Shown here piece after piece: positions 55,945 through 64,000 of a stretch of DNA of 64,000 bases; within the stretch, counting starts at the first letter, position 1; every line of letters begins with the position of its first letter. The position numbers and the translations under genes are program-made. Source of the stretch: Candidatus Competibacteraceae bacterium (GTDB lineage Bacteria > Pseudomonadota > Gammaproteobacteria > Competibacterales > Competibacteraceae); assembly GCA_016713505.1 (NCBI GenBank), contig JADJPA010000001.1, positions 1,037,105 through 1,101,104 of the forward strand, read 5' to 3'. The notes below the pieces were generated by a model. The model saw only the letters and a list, made by a program, of their open reading frames with translations, was not told where the DNA came from and did not search any database.

Positions 55945-57216
55945 CTAGCGTCGGCGCGGCAATTCCTGTCCCAGCATTTCGCGCGTGATGAGAACCACGC
56001 CCTTTTCGGTGCGGTGAAAGCGGCGCGCGTCTTCTTCGGGATGCTCGCCGACCACCGTGCCGGGCGGAATCACGCACCCTCGGTCGATGATGACCTTGCT
56101 GAGCTGGGAGTAGCGGCCGATGTCGACGCCCGGCAGCACTACCGAGTCCCGTAGTTGCACGTAGGAATGGACTCGAACCCCTAGGAAGAGTAGCGAATGA
56201 TTGACGTAACCGCCGGAAATAATGCAACCCTCCGCCACCATGGAATCCACCGCCATGCCCCGACGCCCTTCATCGTCGAACACGAACTTGGCCGGAGGCG
56301 CCAGATCCAGATAGGTCCAGATCGGCCAGTGTTCGTCGTACAGATTCAAATGCGGGTCGACCTCGACCAATTCCATGTTCGCTTCCCAGAAGGCGTCGAC
56401 GGTTCCCACGTCTCGCCAGTAGCTCTGCGCCTTGGTTTGCACGTCGCGAAAAGGATAGCTCACGATGCGGCGGTTGCCGATCAGCGGCGGCAGGATATCC
56501 TTGGCGAAATCGTGGCTGGACTGCGCCGAGTCGGCGTCCTCGCTCAAGCGTTCGAAGAGGAAGTCGGTGTTGAAGACGTAAATCCCCATCGACGCCAGCG
56601 CCACATCATCCTGACCGGGCAGCGTTTCCGGTTCCTTGGGTTTTTCCGTAAACCGAATGACTTCGTTGGCTTCGTTGACCGTCAGCACCCCAAATTCCCG
56701 CGCTCGCTCGCGCGGAACCTCGACTGCCCCCACCGTGACATCCGCCTTGCTTTCGACGTGGCGCGCCAGCAGGGGACCATAATCCATCCGGTAAATTTGA
56801 TCGCCGGATAGGATCAACACGAACTCCGGCTCGTGCAGGCGGATGATATCCATGTTTTGATAAACGGCATCGGCGGTGCCTCGATACCATGACGCGTCAT
56901 CGGTGCGCTGCTGGGCGGGCAGCAGTTCCACGAATTCGCCGAATTCACCCCGCAGGAACCCCCAACCACGCTGGATGTGCTGGATCAGGGAATGCGCTTT
57001 ATACTGGGTCAGCACGCAAACCCGCCGGATTCCCGAATTGATGCAGTTGGATAACGGAAAATCGATGATTCGATATTTCCCGCCGAACGGCGTCGCCGGT
57101 TTGGCGCGCCACTGCGTGAGATGTTTGAGCCGGCTGCCGCGGCCTCCCGCCAAGATGAGTACGAGAGTTTTCCGAGTCAGTCGGCTGACGAAACGTGAGG
57201 TGGTGGCGGCGCTCAT
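55945..57216 (-). CDS. glgC: glucose-1-phosphate adenylyltransferase
   Basis: 423 aa with a GlgC N-terminus (LILAGGRGSRLKHLTQWRAKPATPFGGKYRIIDFPLSNCINSG) and a C-terminal left-handed beta-helix. Confidence 0.9.
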   Translation of the reverse strand: MSAATTSRFVSRLTRKTLVLILAGGRGSRLKHLTQWRAKPATPFGGKYRIIDFPLSNCINSGIRRVCVLTQYKAHSLIQHIQRGWGFLRGEFGEFVELLPAQQRTDDASWYRGTADAVYQNMDIIRLHEPEFVLILSGDQIYRMDYGPLLARHVESKADVTVGAVEVPRERAREFGVLTVNEANEVIRFTEKPKEPETLPGQDDVALASMGIYVFNTDFLFERLSEDADSAQSSHDFAKDILPPLIGNRRIVSYPFRDVQTKAQSYWRDVGTVDAFWEANMELVEVDPHLNLYDEHWPIWTYLDLAPPAKFVFDDEGRRGMAVDSMVAEGCIISGGYVNHSLLFLGVRVHSYVQLRDSVVLPGVDIGRYSQLSKVIIDRGCVIPPGTVVGEHPEEDARRFHRTEKGVVLITREMLGQELPRRR

Positions 57217-57423
57217 GCGTTTGATATCCCTCTTTGCTATGATTTTCCAAATCTCGGGTTCGGACGATTGGATCGGCGACCCGCCGGGTACCCGGTGTCA
57301 GCCGGATAGCCAGACCCGATGTCATAACTAATATAGTAGTAGGTCCCGGATGCAACCTATTGTCACTCATAGCGCCCGCACCGGCCCGGAGTGCCCCGGC
57401 ATCCGGGAGGATCGGTTTTTCTG

Positions 57424-59664
57424 ATGACGGACTCCGAACTCGGCGGCGCTAGCCCGACGCCAGCGCGAACAGCCAGCGAACAGATCATCGCTGACGCCGT
57501 TTTGTTGGGGGAGGGACGCCACCCCGATCCCTTTAGAGTGCTCGGTCGCCACGGCCGCGCGGAGCGGATCGCCATTCGTGCGTTTTGGCCGGGTGCCCGG
57601 CAGGTTTATCTGGTCGATATCGGCCAACCCCTGCAACGCGTGGCGGAAACCGATCTGTTTGAATGGCAAGGCAAGGTGAGTGCCTTGGCCCCGCATTACC
57701 AACTGGCCTGGACCACCGCCGATGGCCGTCAGTTCGCGATGCACGATCCTTACTCCTTCGCACCCCAGTTGACCCTGTATGATCTGCATTTGTTCAACGA
57801 GGGTCGCCACCTCCACGCCTACCGGATGATGGGGGCCCATCCGCGCTGGGTGGATGGCATCGCCGGCGTTCTGTTCTCGGTCTGGGCTCCCAACGCCGAA
57901 CGGGTCAGCGTGGTGGGCGATTTCAACGCTTGGCAGGGTCTTTGCCATCCCCTGCGCCGGCGCGGCCATGTTTGGGAGTTGTTCGTTCCCGGTTTGACGG
58001 CGGGGCTGCGCTACCAGTTCGAAATCCGCGTCCGGGAAACCGGTGCTTTGTTGCGCAAAAGCGATCCTTACGGCCGCCTGTTCGAACGGCGGCCGGAGGT
58101 TTGCTCGATCGTCGCCGACAATACCGCCTATTCGTGGCGGGATGAAAGTTGGATGCTGCGCCGGCGCCATCAAAAATGGTCGCAGACGCCGCTTTCCGTC
58201 TACGAGGTTCACTTGGCCTCATGGCAGCGGGATGGCACCGGCGATTATCTCTCCTATCAGGAGTTGGCCCGACGGCTGGTCGCTTACGTCAGTTCGCTGG
58301 GCTTCACCCACATCGAGCTGATGCCGGTCACCGAGCATCCGTTGGACGCCTCTTGGGGCTATCAGACCACCGGCTACTTCGCGCCGACCAGCCGCCACGG
58401 CGCGGCGAACGATTTTCGCTGGTTTGTGGATTACTGCCACCAGGCGGGTATCGGTGTCATTCTGGATTGGGTGCCCGGCCATTTCCCCAAGGATGTCCAC
58501 GGTCTGGCCTGCTTCGATGGCACCTGCCTCTACGAATATGAAGACCCGACCCGGCGCGAGCATCGCGGTTGGGGCACGCTGGTCTTCAATTACAACCGCA
58601 CTCAGGTGAAGAATTTCTTGCTGGCAAGCGCTTGTTTTTGGCTGGAGGAATACCACCTGGACGGCCTGCGGGTGGATGCCGTCGCCTCCATGCTGTATTT
58701 GGATTACGCCCGCGATTCCGGCGAGTGGCGGCCCAATCCCTTCGGTGGCAATGAGAATCTGGAAGCGGCCGTCTTCTTGCGCGAGCTGAATGAGTTCATT
58801 CATCGCCGCTTTCAAGGCGTGCTGATGATCGCCGAAGAATCCACCGCTTGGCCGTTGGTGACCCGGCCTTCCTGGATGGGGGGACTCGGCTTTGGGATGA
58901 AATGGAACATGGGCTGGATGCATGACACTCTGGAATATCTGACCCTCGATCCCGCCTTGCGCCGCCATCATCAGGAATTGCTGACTTTTGGGCTTCTTTA
59001 CGCGTTTACCGAGAATTTCATGCTGCCGCTGTCTCACGATGAGGTGGTCCATGGCAAAGGATCGCTGCTGGCGCGGATGCCGGGAGACCGGCGCCAGCGC
59101 TTTGCGAACCTGCGGCTGCTTTATTTGTATCTGTGGACCTACCCTGGAAAGAAATTTCTGTTCATGGGTAACGAATTTGCTCAAGAACAGGAATGGGATT
59201 TTGCCGGAGTGCTGGATTGGCCTTTGCTGGAACAAAGGGAATGTCGCGGCGTTCAGACGCTGATCTGCGATCTTAATGGCCTGTACCGGTCTCTGGCTAG
59301 CTTGCACGCCTGCGAATTTTTCCAGGAAGGCTTCGAATGGCTGGATTGCCACGATCCCGCTCAGTCGGTGATCGTCTACCTGCGCCGGAGTGGCGAGCAC
59401 CAGGCCGTGATCATTTTCAATTTCGCCGCCACCGCCCGCCTCGGCTATCGCGTGGGTGTGCCGCTGCCCGGACTCTACAAGGAAGTGTTGAATTCCGATG
59501 CGGCCCAATACGGAGGTGGCGGCGGAATCAATGGCGAAATCTGCGCCCTCCCGGTTTTTCATATGGGGCAACCTTGCTCCTTACTGGTGAACTTGCCTCC
59601 CCTGACCGGGCTGGTGTTGACCCCTGTTCAGTTCGAGATTTTCGAGGGGGGTAATGATGGTTGA
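57424..59664 (+). CDS. glgB: 1,4-alpha-glucan branching enzyme
   Basis: ATG 57424 chosen (the ORF track lists GTG 57391). GH13 blocks GVILDWVPGHF, GLRVDAVASMLY, MIAEESTAW and LPLSHDEVVHGK. Confidence 0.9.
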   Translation: MTDSELGGASPTPARTASEQIIADAVLLGEGRHPDPFRVLGRHGRAERIAIRAFWPGARQVYLVDIGQPLQRVAETDLFEWQGKVSALAPHYQLAWTTADGRQFAMHDPYSFAPQLTLYDLHLFNEGRHLHAYRMMGAHPRWVDGIAGVLFSVWAPNAERVSVVGDFNAWQGLCHPLRRRGHVWELFVPGLTAGLRYQFEIRVRETGALLRKSDPYGRLFERRPEVCSIVADNTAYSWRDESWMLRRRHQKWSQTPLSVYEVHLASWQRDGTGDYLSYQELARRLVAYVSSLGFTHIELMPVTEHPLDASWGYQTTGYFAPTSRHGAANDFRWFVDYCHQAGIGVILDWVPGHFPKDVHGLACFDGTCLYEYEDPTRREHRGWGTLVFNYNRTQVKNFLLASACFWLEEYHLDGLRVDAVASMLYLDYARDSGEWRPNPFGGNENLEAAVFLRELNEFIHRRFQGVLMIAEESTAWPLVTRPSWMGGLGFGMKWNMGWMHDTLEYLTLDPALRRHHQELLTFGLLYAFTENFMLPLSHDEVVHGKGSLLARMPGDRRQRFANLRLLYLYLWTYPGKKFLFMGNEFAQEQEWDFAGVLDWPLLEQRECRGVQTLICDLNGLYRSLASLHACEFFQEGFEWLDCHDPAQSVIVYLRRSGEHQAVIIFNFAATARLGYRVGVPLPGLYKEVLNSDAAQYGGGGGINGEICALPVFHMGQPCSLLVNLPPLTGLVLTPVQFEIFEGGNDG

Positions 59665-59811
59665 ACGAGCCGAGCGGATCTTGGAGCGCGGCATGTCTTT
59701 GCGGGAGGCTCTCGGGCGTGCGTTATGCGGTGGTCAAACGGCCGGTTTTGACGCCTTGAGTGGCGGTCACTGGGTAGGCGACCGCGATGTTTCCGCTTGG
59801 AGGGGTTATCC

Positions 59812-60786
59812 GTGAAATTGCAGCAACTGCGTTATCTGACGGCGATCGTTCGTAATAACCTGAACATTTCCGCCGCGGCGGAGAGTTTGTATACCTCTCA
59901 GCCGGGTATCAGCAAACAGTTGCGCCTGCTGGAAGAAGAACTGGGTGTCGAGCTGTTCAACCGTAACGGCAAGCACTTGACCGAAATTACCCCTATCGGG
60001 CAGCAGATTATTCTGAAGGTCGAAACTATTTTGCGTGAAGTCAACAATATCCAGATTTTGGCCGAGGAGTACCGCGATGATCGCCGCGGCAGCTTGTCGC
60101 TGGCCACCACCCACACTCAAGCACGCTACGCGCTGCCGCCCGTCATCAAGGTGTTTCGAGAGCGCTATCCGGCGGTCAACTTACAGGTGCATCAGGGCTC
60201 GCCGATGCAGATCGCCGAGTTGGTGCAATCGGGCGAGGTTGATTTCGCGATCGCCACCGAGTCCCCGGAATTGTTTGGAAATTTGGTTATGATGCCTTGT
60301 TATGTGTGGCACCGTTGCGTGCTGGTTCCAGTCGGCCACCCTTTGAGTCGGGTGGAGCGTTTGACGTTGTATGATGTGGCGCAATATCCGCTGGTGACTT
60401 ATGTCTTTGGTTTCACCGGGCGCTCGCAACTGGATGGGGCGTTCCGCAGCGCGCATTTGAAACCGAGCGTGGTTTTTACCGCGACCGATGCGGACGTGAT
60501 CAAAACCTATGTCCGCTTGGGGATGGGCGTCGGGATCGTGGCTAGAATGGCTTATGATCCCAAGCAGGATCAGGATTTGGTGCGCTTGGACGCCAGTCAT
60601 CTGTTCCCGTCCAACATCACCAAAATTGGTTTCAGGCGCGGTATGTTTCTGCGCCGTTATATGTATGATTTTATGGAACTGTTCTCGGCGCATTTACAAC
60701 GCGAGCGGGTGCGCGCCGTCGAGCGGTTGCAGACGGTCGAGGAGATCGCTGAGGTTTTTGAGGGTTTGGAGCTGCCGGTTAGGTGA
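59812..60786 (+). CDS. cysB: LysR-family transcriptional regulator CysB
   Basis: GTG 59812 preceded by GGAGGGG (the ORF track lists TTG 59797). The N-terminus VKLQQLRYLTAIVRNNLNISAAAESLYTSQPGISKQLRLLEEELGV closely resembles E. coli CysB. Confidence 0.85.
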   Translation: MKLQQLRYLTAIVRNNLNISAAAESLYTSQPGISKQLRLLEEELGVELFNRNGKHLTEITPIGQQIILKVETILREVNNIQILAEEYRDDRRGSLSLATTHTQARYALPPVIKVFRERYPAVNLQVHQGSPMQIAELVQSGEVDFAIATESPELFGNLVMMPCYVWHRCVLVPVGHPLSRVERLTLYDVAQYPLVTYVFGFTGRSQLDGAFRSAHLKPSVVFTATDADVIKTYVRLGMGVGIVARMAYDPKQDQDLVRLDASHLFPSNITKIGFRRGMFLRRYMYDFMELFSAHLQRERVRAVERLQTVEEIAEVFEGLELPVR

Positions 60787-60817
60787 GGTTTGGATGGTTT
60801 TTTGGTTATATAAAAGG

Positions 60818-60831
60818 TGATGATATAATAA
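60818..60831 (+). repeat. copy d of recurrent intergenic motif (TGATGATATAATAA); perfect extended -10 (TGATATAAT) 27-40 nt upstream of the Tus-like ORF
   Basis: Read directly. 13 nt are identical to copy a (reverse complement). 14/15 identical to copy e. Confidence 0.75.
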
Positions 60832-60857
60832 GAGGTGACGCAGTGGAGGAAACCAGC

Positions 60858-61760
60858 ATGCCCGCACCCGCTCCATCGATGGTCCTACTGAGGACCGAAT
60901 TACTGGCCGCTTACGATAGCTTGCTCGGACATCTGGACGAATGTTGCGCTCGCATCCGTCGCGACGCGACGCTGGCCGCCTGGGTGTCGCGCACCGAAGC
61001 CGAGATGCAAGAAGCCGCTGACATGCGCTTCAAGGCGATCCAGCTCTATCGCGCGCTTTGGTACGAAGAGGCGCGAGATGGCCGGGAAACCCTCACCTGC
61101 CCCGGCATCGTCGGCGCCGGCCAGGAAACGCTCCTGTCCGCCTCTGCTTGTAATGCCGCCAAGGATCGCTTCAAGGCGGCGGTATTGGCCCTCAAGTCCC
61201 TGGCGCGACCTGAAATCCAGGCGGCCATGACCGATCTGCACCGCCGTCAGGAAGCACTGGCGGACGCCATGCGCCGCATGGGAACCGCCCGCTTGAACCT
61301 CAAACAAGCCTACCGGCATATTCCGCTGCTCGATCAGCGTCCCCTAAAGATTGGCTTTACCTGGTCCAAGCAAGGGCGGGTGATCCAGCGCACCAGCCAG
61401 GCCACGGCTCGCCGATTGCTGGAACAACGGGTCGAGACGCCGCAAATCATCTTGGAATTACAACGGCTTGCCCAACTTGGCGGCGATGAGATACTGGCGC
61501 GGGTTCGCAGCGTTTGCCCTCACCTGCGCGCCAATCTCGTCTTTGCGGCCGAGAGCGGGTCAGGCGTGCGCCGCCGCCTCATGCAAGCGCCACTGCCGAT
61601 CTTGATACCGTTGCAACCCGGCCAAACGCTGCCTGAGTTCGTACCGGTGGCCCCCGAACCGCCGCTCACCCCTCGACTCCGACGGGCCGATGTGCGCATC
61701 GAGGATGAACCCTTGCTTCCGTCGGTGCGTGTCCATCGCTATCGCGCCCCTTATCGCTGA
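60858..61760 (+). CDS. hypothetical protein, candidate divergent Tus-like DNA replication terminus site-binding protein
   Basis: Frame 60783..61760 trimmed to ATG 60858 (GGAGGA 7 nt upstream), giving 300 aa. Colinear blocks resemble my recollection of E. coli Tus (309 aa): [86 protein letters not shown]/RLHLY. The CDS itself is likely real; the family assignment is unverified. Confidence 0.45.
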   Translation: [300 protein letters not shown]

Positions 61761-61778
61761 GCGGGTCGGTAGCGAGCT

Positions 61779-61796
61779 GAAGATGATGATATAATA
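61779..61796 (+). repeat. copy e of recurrent intergenic motif (GAAGATGATGATATAATA); perfect extended -10, about 150 nt upstream of glgX
   Basis: Read directly. The 16-mer 61779..61794 is the exact reverse complement of 24866..24881. Lies 19 nt after the stop of the Tus-like ORF. Confidence 0.75.
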
Positions 61797-61943
61797 CTCG
61801 GAAAGCTCGCCAAGGTATTTTTATTAGATTGAATTTAATCATAAAAATCTAAATCACTTTTCAGGCGCGGTTTTCTCGATTGGCGCGCGCTATAGTTTGA
61901 AGTCGCTCTATTCCAAAAAAACCGTTCATCAGGAACCCAGAAA

Positions 61944-64000
61944 ATGTTATCACGCGCTCGTGTATGGCCTGGCAAAGCGTATCCGCTCGGTGCGACTTGG
62001 GACGGTAAGGGCGTCAACTTCGCGCTCTTTTCCGCCCACGCTGAAAAAGTCGAATTGTGTTTGTTCGATTCTTCGGGCCAACGCGAGATCGAACGCTTGG
62101 CGCTTCCTGAAAACACCGACCAAATCTGGCATGGCTATATCCCCGGCTTATGGCCGGGTACCCTTTACGGCTATCGGGTTTCCGGGCCTTACCAACCCCA
62201 GCTCGGCCACCGCTTCAACCATCACAAGTTGCTGCTCGACCCCTACGCCCGCCAGTTCTACGGCGTGCTGCATCTGCACGACGAACACTGCGGCTATCGC
62301 GTCGGAGATCCGAAAGCCGATCTGTCGTTCGACAACCGCGACAACAGCCGCGAAATGTTGAAATGCGTGGTCGTGGACACCAGCTTCAATTGGGAGGGAG
62401 ATCGGCCCCCTGAAACCCCCTGGTCGAAAACGCTGGTTTATGAAACGCACGTACGCGGCTTCACCATCCGCCATGAAGGCATTCCCCATCATTTGCGCGG
62501 CACCTTTGCCGGCCTATCGCATCCTGAAATCATCAAGTACCTTAAAGCGCTCGGCATTACCGCCGTCGAGTTGATGCCGGTACACGCCTTCGTGGACGAC
62601 CGCTTTTTGGCCGATCGCGGCTTGCGCAATTACTGGGGCTACAACACGCTGTGCTTTTTTGCGCCCGAACCTCGTTACTTGAGCAGTGGCGAGCTGGCCG
62701 AATTCAAGACCATGGTCAAACACCTGCACGACGCCGGCATCGAAGTGCTGCTGGACGTGGTTTACAACCACACCGCCGAAGGTAACGAGCTGGGTCCGAC
62801 CCTTAGCTTCCGGGGTATCGACAATGCCTCCTACTACCGTCTCCATCCCGACAACCGCCGCTTTTACATCAACGACACCGGCTGCGGTAACACGCTCAAC
62901 ATCACGCATCCGCGGGTGTTGCAGATGGTGATGGACAGCTTGCGCTACTGGGTCGATGAGATGCATGTCGATGGCTTCCGCTTCGATCTAGCGGTGACCT
63001 TGGGCCGCGAAGAACATGGTTACGACCGTCAGGGAGGATTTTTTGACGCGATCCGACAAGAACCCGCCTTCGCGGCGGTCAAGGTGATCGCCGAACCCTG
63101 GGATATCGGTCCGGGCGGCTATCAACTCGGCGGCTTTCCGGCCGGCACCGCCGAATGGAACGATCGCTTTCGCGACACCACCCGCCGGTTCTGGCGCGGT
63201 GACGACGGTATGCTGGCGAAGCTGGCGCCCAACCTGCTGGCGTCCAGTGACCTGTTCGAGCACGACCGCCGCCGCCCGTGGGCTTCGATCAACTATGTCG
63301 CCAGCCACGATGGCTTCACCCTGGCCGATCTGGTCAGTTATAACGACCGTCACAACGAAGCCAACGGCGAACAAAATCGGGACGGCCATCCCTACAATTT
63401 CAGCAAGAATCACGGCGCCGAGGGACCGAGCGACGATCCGGCCATCCAGAAAATCCGCCTGCGCCAGCGCCGCAACCTGCTGGCGACCTTGCTGCTGTCG
63501 CAAGGCACTCCCATGCTGCTGGCCGGCGATGAATTCGGCCGCAGCCAGCGCGGCAACAACAATGCCTACTGTCAGGATAACGAGATCAATTGGTTGAACT
63601 GGGACAAGATTCCAGCGGAAGAACAGGAATTCCAAGAATTCGTCCGCCGTCTGATCAGCCTGCGCCGCGACCACCCGGTAGTGCGCCGTCCGCTGTTCCT
63701 ACATGGCAACAAAAGCTCGCAAAGCACTCGATTGCGCGATATCGATTGGATCGGCTCCGGCGGTGGCGCCTTGAGCGATGCCTACTGGCAAGAGCCCAAG
63801 GCGCGCTGCTTCGGCATGTTGCTGGCCGGAGATGCCGGCGACCACTTTACCCCGGACGGCTATCCAGAGACCGACGATACACTGCTGATCCTCTTCAACG
63901 CCGGCCCCAACCCTCTGCCCTTCCGAATGCCGGCGGCGGCCAACGCCAATCAATGGCGGTGTTTGCTGGATACCGCGCACCCGCGGTTGGCCGCCGGTGA
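61944..64000 (+). CDS. glgX: glycogen debranching enzyme GlgX (3' end runs off the window)
   Basis: Not in the ORF track because no stop is reached. My own translation from ATG 61944 gives MLSRARVWPGKAYPLGATWDGKGVNFALFSAHAEKVELCLFD...YGYRVSGPYQPQLGHRFNHHKLLLDPYA. Later GH13 blocks (EVLLDVVYNHT, GFRFDLA) were read as plus-strand codons. The frame stays open to 64000. Confidence 0.85.
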   Translation, partial: MLSRARVWPGKAYPLGATWDGKGVNFALFSAHAEKVELCLFDSSGQREIERLALPENTDQIWHGYIPGLWPGTLYGYRVSGPYQPQLGHRFNHHKLLLDPYARQFYGVLHLHDEHCGYRVGDPKADLSFDNRDNSREMLKCVVVDTSFNWEGDRPPETPWSKTLVYETHVRGFTIRHEGIPHHLRGTFAGLSHPEIIKYLKALGITAVELMPVHAFVDDRFLADRGLRNYWGYNTLCFFAPEPRYLSSGELAEFKTMVKHLHDAGIEVLLDVVYNHTAEGNELGPTLSFRGIDNASYYRLHPDNRRFYINDTGCGNTLNITHPRVLQMVMDSLRYWVDEMHVDGFRFDLAVTLGREEHGYDRQGGFFDAIRQEPAFAAVKVIAEPWDIGPGGYQLGGFPAGTAEWNDRFRDTTRRFWRGDDGMLAKLAPNLLASSDLFEHDRRRPWASINYVASHDGFTLADLVSYNDRHNEANGEQNRDGHPYNFSKNHGAEGPSDDPAIQKIRLRQRRNLLATLLLSQGTPMLLAGDEFGRSQRGNNNAYCQDNEINWLNWDKIPAEEQEFQEFVRRLISLRRDHPVVRRPLFLHGNKSSQSTRLRDIDWIGSGGGALSDAYWQEPKARCFGMLLAGDAGDHFTPDGYPETDDTLLILFNAGPNPLPFRMPAAANANQWRCLLDTAHPRLAAG

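Overview
A 64-kb chromosomal window from a high-GC proteobacterium, probably a gammaproteobacterium; the genus cannot be assigned from sequence alone. I support about 50 protein genes and saw no rRNA, tRNA or CRISPR array. Left to right: (1) cobU-cobT-cobC-cobS, the cobalamin nucleotide-loop genes, with overlapping stop/start codons. (2) An RND efflux pair (adaptor plus pump). (3) A visibly lower-GC islet with an ExeA-like AAA+ ATPase-TM-Sel1 protein and an orphan TAXI solute-binding protein. (4) bpt-aat N-end-rule transferases plus a FemAB-like/DUF482 gene. (5) ftsK, an alanine:cation symporter, PPi-dependent phosphofructokinase, lolA and rarA. (6) An unusual 524-aa protein with an embedded HPr-like domain. 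(7) Thiolase, serS and a type I-beta DAHP synthase. (8) A long minus-strand cluster: iorAB, livKHMGF, CBS/ACT protein, paaK-like ligase, VWA protein, membrane J-domain protein. (9) A probable integrated-element remnant with a KfrA-like coiled-coil protein, a 5'-truncated DUF4143 ATPase fragment, a large PEP/pyruvate-binding protein and a tyrosine integrase. (10) gdhA, a decayed LysR fragment and gltBD. (11) glgC-malQ-guaC-thiM. (12) glgB, cysB, a 300-aa ORF that looks Tus-like, and glgX, which is open at the window end. The two most interesting signals are the Tus-like ORF and a recurrent AT-rich motif, GATGATGATATAA(T). The motif has five clear copies, all intergenic, including an exact 16-mer pair 37 kb apart. 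Three copies on the left are minus-oriented and two on the right are plus-oriented, the latter bracketing the Tus-like gene. This could be a divergent Tus/Ter-type fork trap or just a family of extended -10 promoters; sequence alone cannot decide. Many long ORFs in the track are antisense artefacts of high GC and were rejected. All homology calls come from motif recognition by eye, not from searches.
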